Positions 62,655 through 64,000 of a stretch of 64,000 bases of DNA are shown in pieces. The position numbers were made by a program, and so were the translations under genes. The DNA is taken from NCBI RefSeq assembly GCF_006345805.1, contig NC_043008.1:4402001-4466000 (forward strand), written 5' to 3'. Source of the stretch: Octopus sinensis. Lineage: Eukaryota. Below the pieces are notes generated by a model. That model was not told the DNA's origin and ran no database searches. It saw only the letters and a program-made list of their open reading frames with translations. Each line of letters opens with the position of its first letter. Positions within the stretch are counted from its first letter, which is position 1.

Positions 62655-62989
62655 GTAAGTGGATACAGGGACATACTAAAGGAAGCATTGTTTGCCTTTT
62701 TTAAGAATGCATAGGTTCATGAAAGAATCTTAGATTTTTCTGTTTTCTTCCAACCATAAATTTTAGTCTGAAAATTTTCAAACAAATGTACTTTTGATAT
62801 AATTTTGTATGCTGATGACAAATACTACATTCATTATTTTGGAAAATTTATAATAAAGAAGTGGAAAGCATTTAACGTTTCATATTTTTGGCCAATGAAT
62901 TTTAAGCCACTGTCCTCACAGTGGAAGCCAAAACTGCTTGTTGTCATGACAACTCCATTAAATTATTATTTTCATTTCGTGGCTATGTA

Positions 62990-63580
62990 TCCCGGAAATG
63001 TTGCAGGAACGTCAAGAGTCCATGTCCATTAGAAGAGGCACATGGTTGCAAGGAAGAACCCCTCTACTTTGAAGTTTAATTTAATTTATCTGCTGCCGAG
63101 TCAAAGAGTTGACAACAACTAAGTTTTCTAAGGATGTAACTGTAGATTATAAAAATTATTTATGTGAGGTCTGCACTGACAATTTGCTCTGCAATCCAGA
63201 GAAAATCAGTGGTCCCGACAGAATTGTTGAAATAGACAAAGCAGTCTCTTCAAGAAGAAAGTACAGTCAGGGCCAAATAATGCAACCCAAACATTGGGTT
63301 TTCAGTAGATTGTGTCTGAAAGCTCTAGAAGTTTTCCTTTCCACCATACTTTCTTGAGACTGTAACACATTCAAAGAATGCGTTCATCAATCAATTCTGC
63401 CAGGAACAACTATTTACAGCGACCTGTGGTATGTATGCTTGCATAGTCTTGAGATATCAGGGTACCAGTTTTGCCATAGAATAGTGGTGAACCGCAGCAC
63501 TGACTTTGTAAACTCGCAAGGCAGGATTCATAATCAACAAGTAGAAAGCACTTGAGCCTTCAACAAGGAAATCAACAGCA
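62990..63580 (+). mobile_element. Decayed Merlin/ISXO2 (IS1595-related) DDE transposase
   Basis: SIRRGTWL, GPDRIVEIDKAVSSRRKYSQG...HWVF, ILPGTTIYSDLW, VNRSTDFV and HNQQVEST match the GPG..VEIDES..RKY.RG, ILPGT.I.SD.W, VNHS..FV and HTQ.IES pattern. Confidence 0.88.
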
Positions 63581-63890
63581 TCGTGACACTCGTTGTTCTG
63601 CAGTGGACTCGTATCCCATCATTCTGTTCTTTTAATGACAGTCCATGTGTTTTCATTTCATTTCAGCTGTTATTTCTAGTGGCAGGTCAAAAGCAAGACC
63701 TGTGAGTTTGACAATAATATTATTAATCTAATCGTATGTAAATATAATCCTCAAGTCGTTAGAAGAAAATGAAAAAGATGTTAAAAAGAAAAGAAAACAT
63801 TCACTGTTTCATCGTTGTTTTCTTTCATTAAATTCATTTTTAAAGAAACCTGGTTCCCTTCTTGTCTTCATTTTCAACCATACTCTGTTT

Positions 63891-63904
63891 GTTGCCATGG
63901 CAAC
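63891..63904. promoter_or_regulatory. Perfect palindromic RFX X-box motif GTTGCCATGGCAAC
   Basis: Exact match to the established RFX consensus; function not demonstrable from sequence alone. Confidence 0.4.
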
Positions 63905-64000
63905 CTATTTTTGACTTCCACTTGTCAGGACACTGGACTCGTTTCATTGAGTAAAAATATATAATTTTAAATGCTTCTGTCTTGTTTATTATTAATTTTT

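Overview
AT-rich, microsatellite-dense eukaryotic DNA that looks intronic or intergenic. The SINE and RTE repeat families resemble those I recall from coleoid cephalopods, most likely Octopus; this is inference, no search was run. No cellular protein-coding gene, rRNA, true tRNA or CRISPR array can be supported with confidence, and nearly all ORFs in the track are microsatellite or antisense-TE artefacts. The window is a mosaic of decayed mobile elements: two Tigger/pogo remnants, two R4/Dong-type LINE fragments, several RTE LINE fragments (two carry a PHD-like finger inside the RT), a mariner, a rosa/DD41D-like Tc1-mariner plus an internally deleted relative, a Merlin/ISXO2-type transposase, four SINE families and probable Penelope-like fragments. 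Best leads: (1) a complete 785-bp miniature LTR element with PBS, PPT and 5-bp TSD at 44957-45741; (2) recurrent spacerless or near-spacerless fold-back palindromes at (TA)n tracts, up to perfect 90-bp arms; (3) a GC-rich pre-miRNA-like or MITE-like hairpin at 34772; (4) a perfect RFX X-box at 63891. A few low-confidence candidate exons are also listed. SINE family labels A-D are my own working names, and element boundaries are approximate unless a TSD or TIR is quoted.
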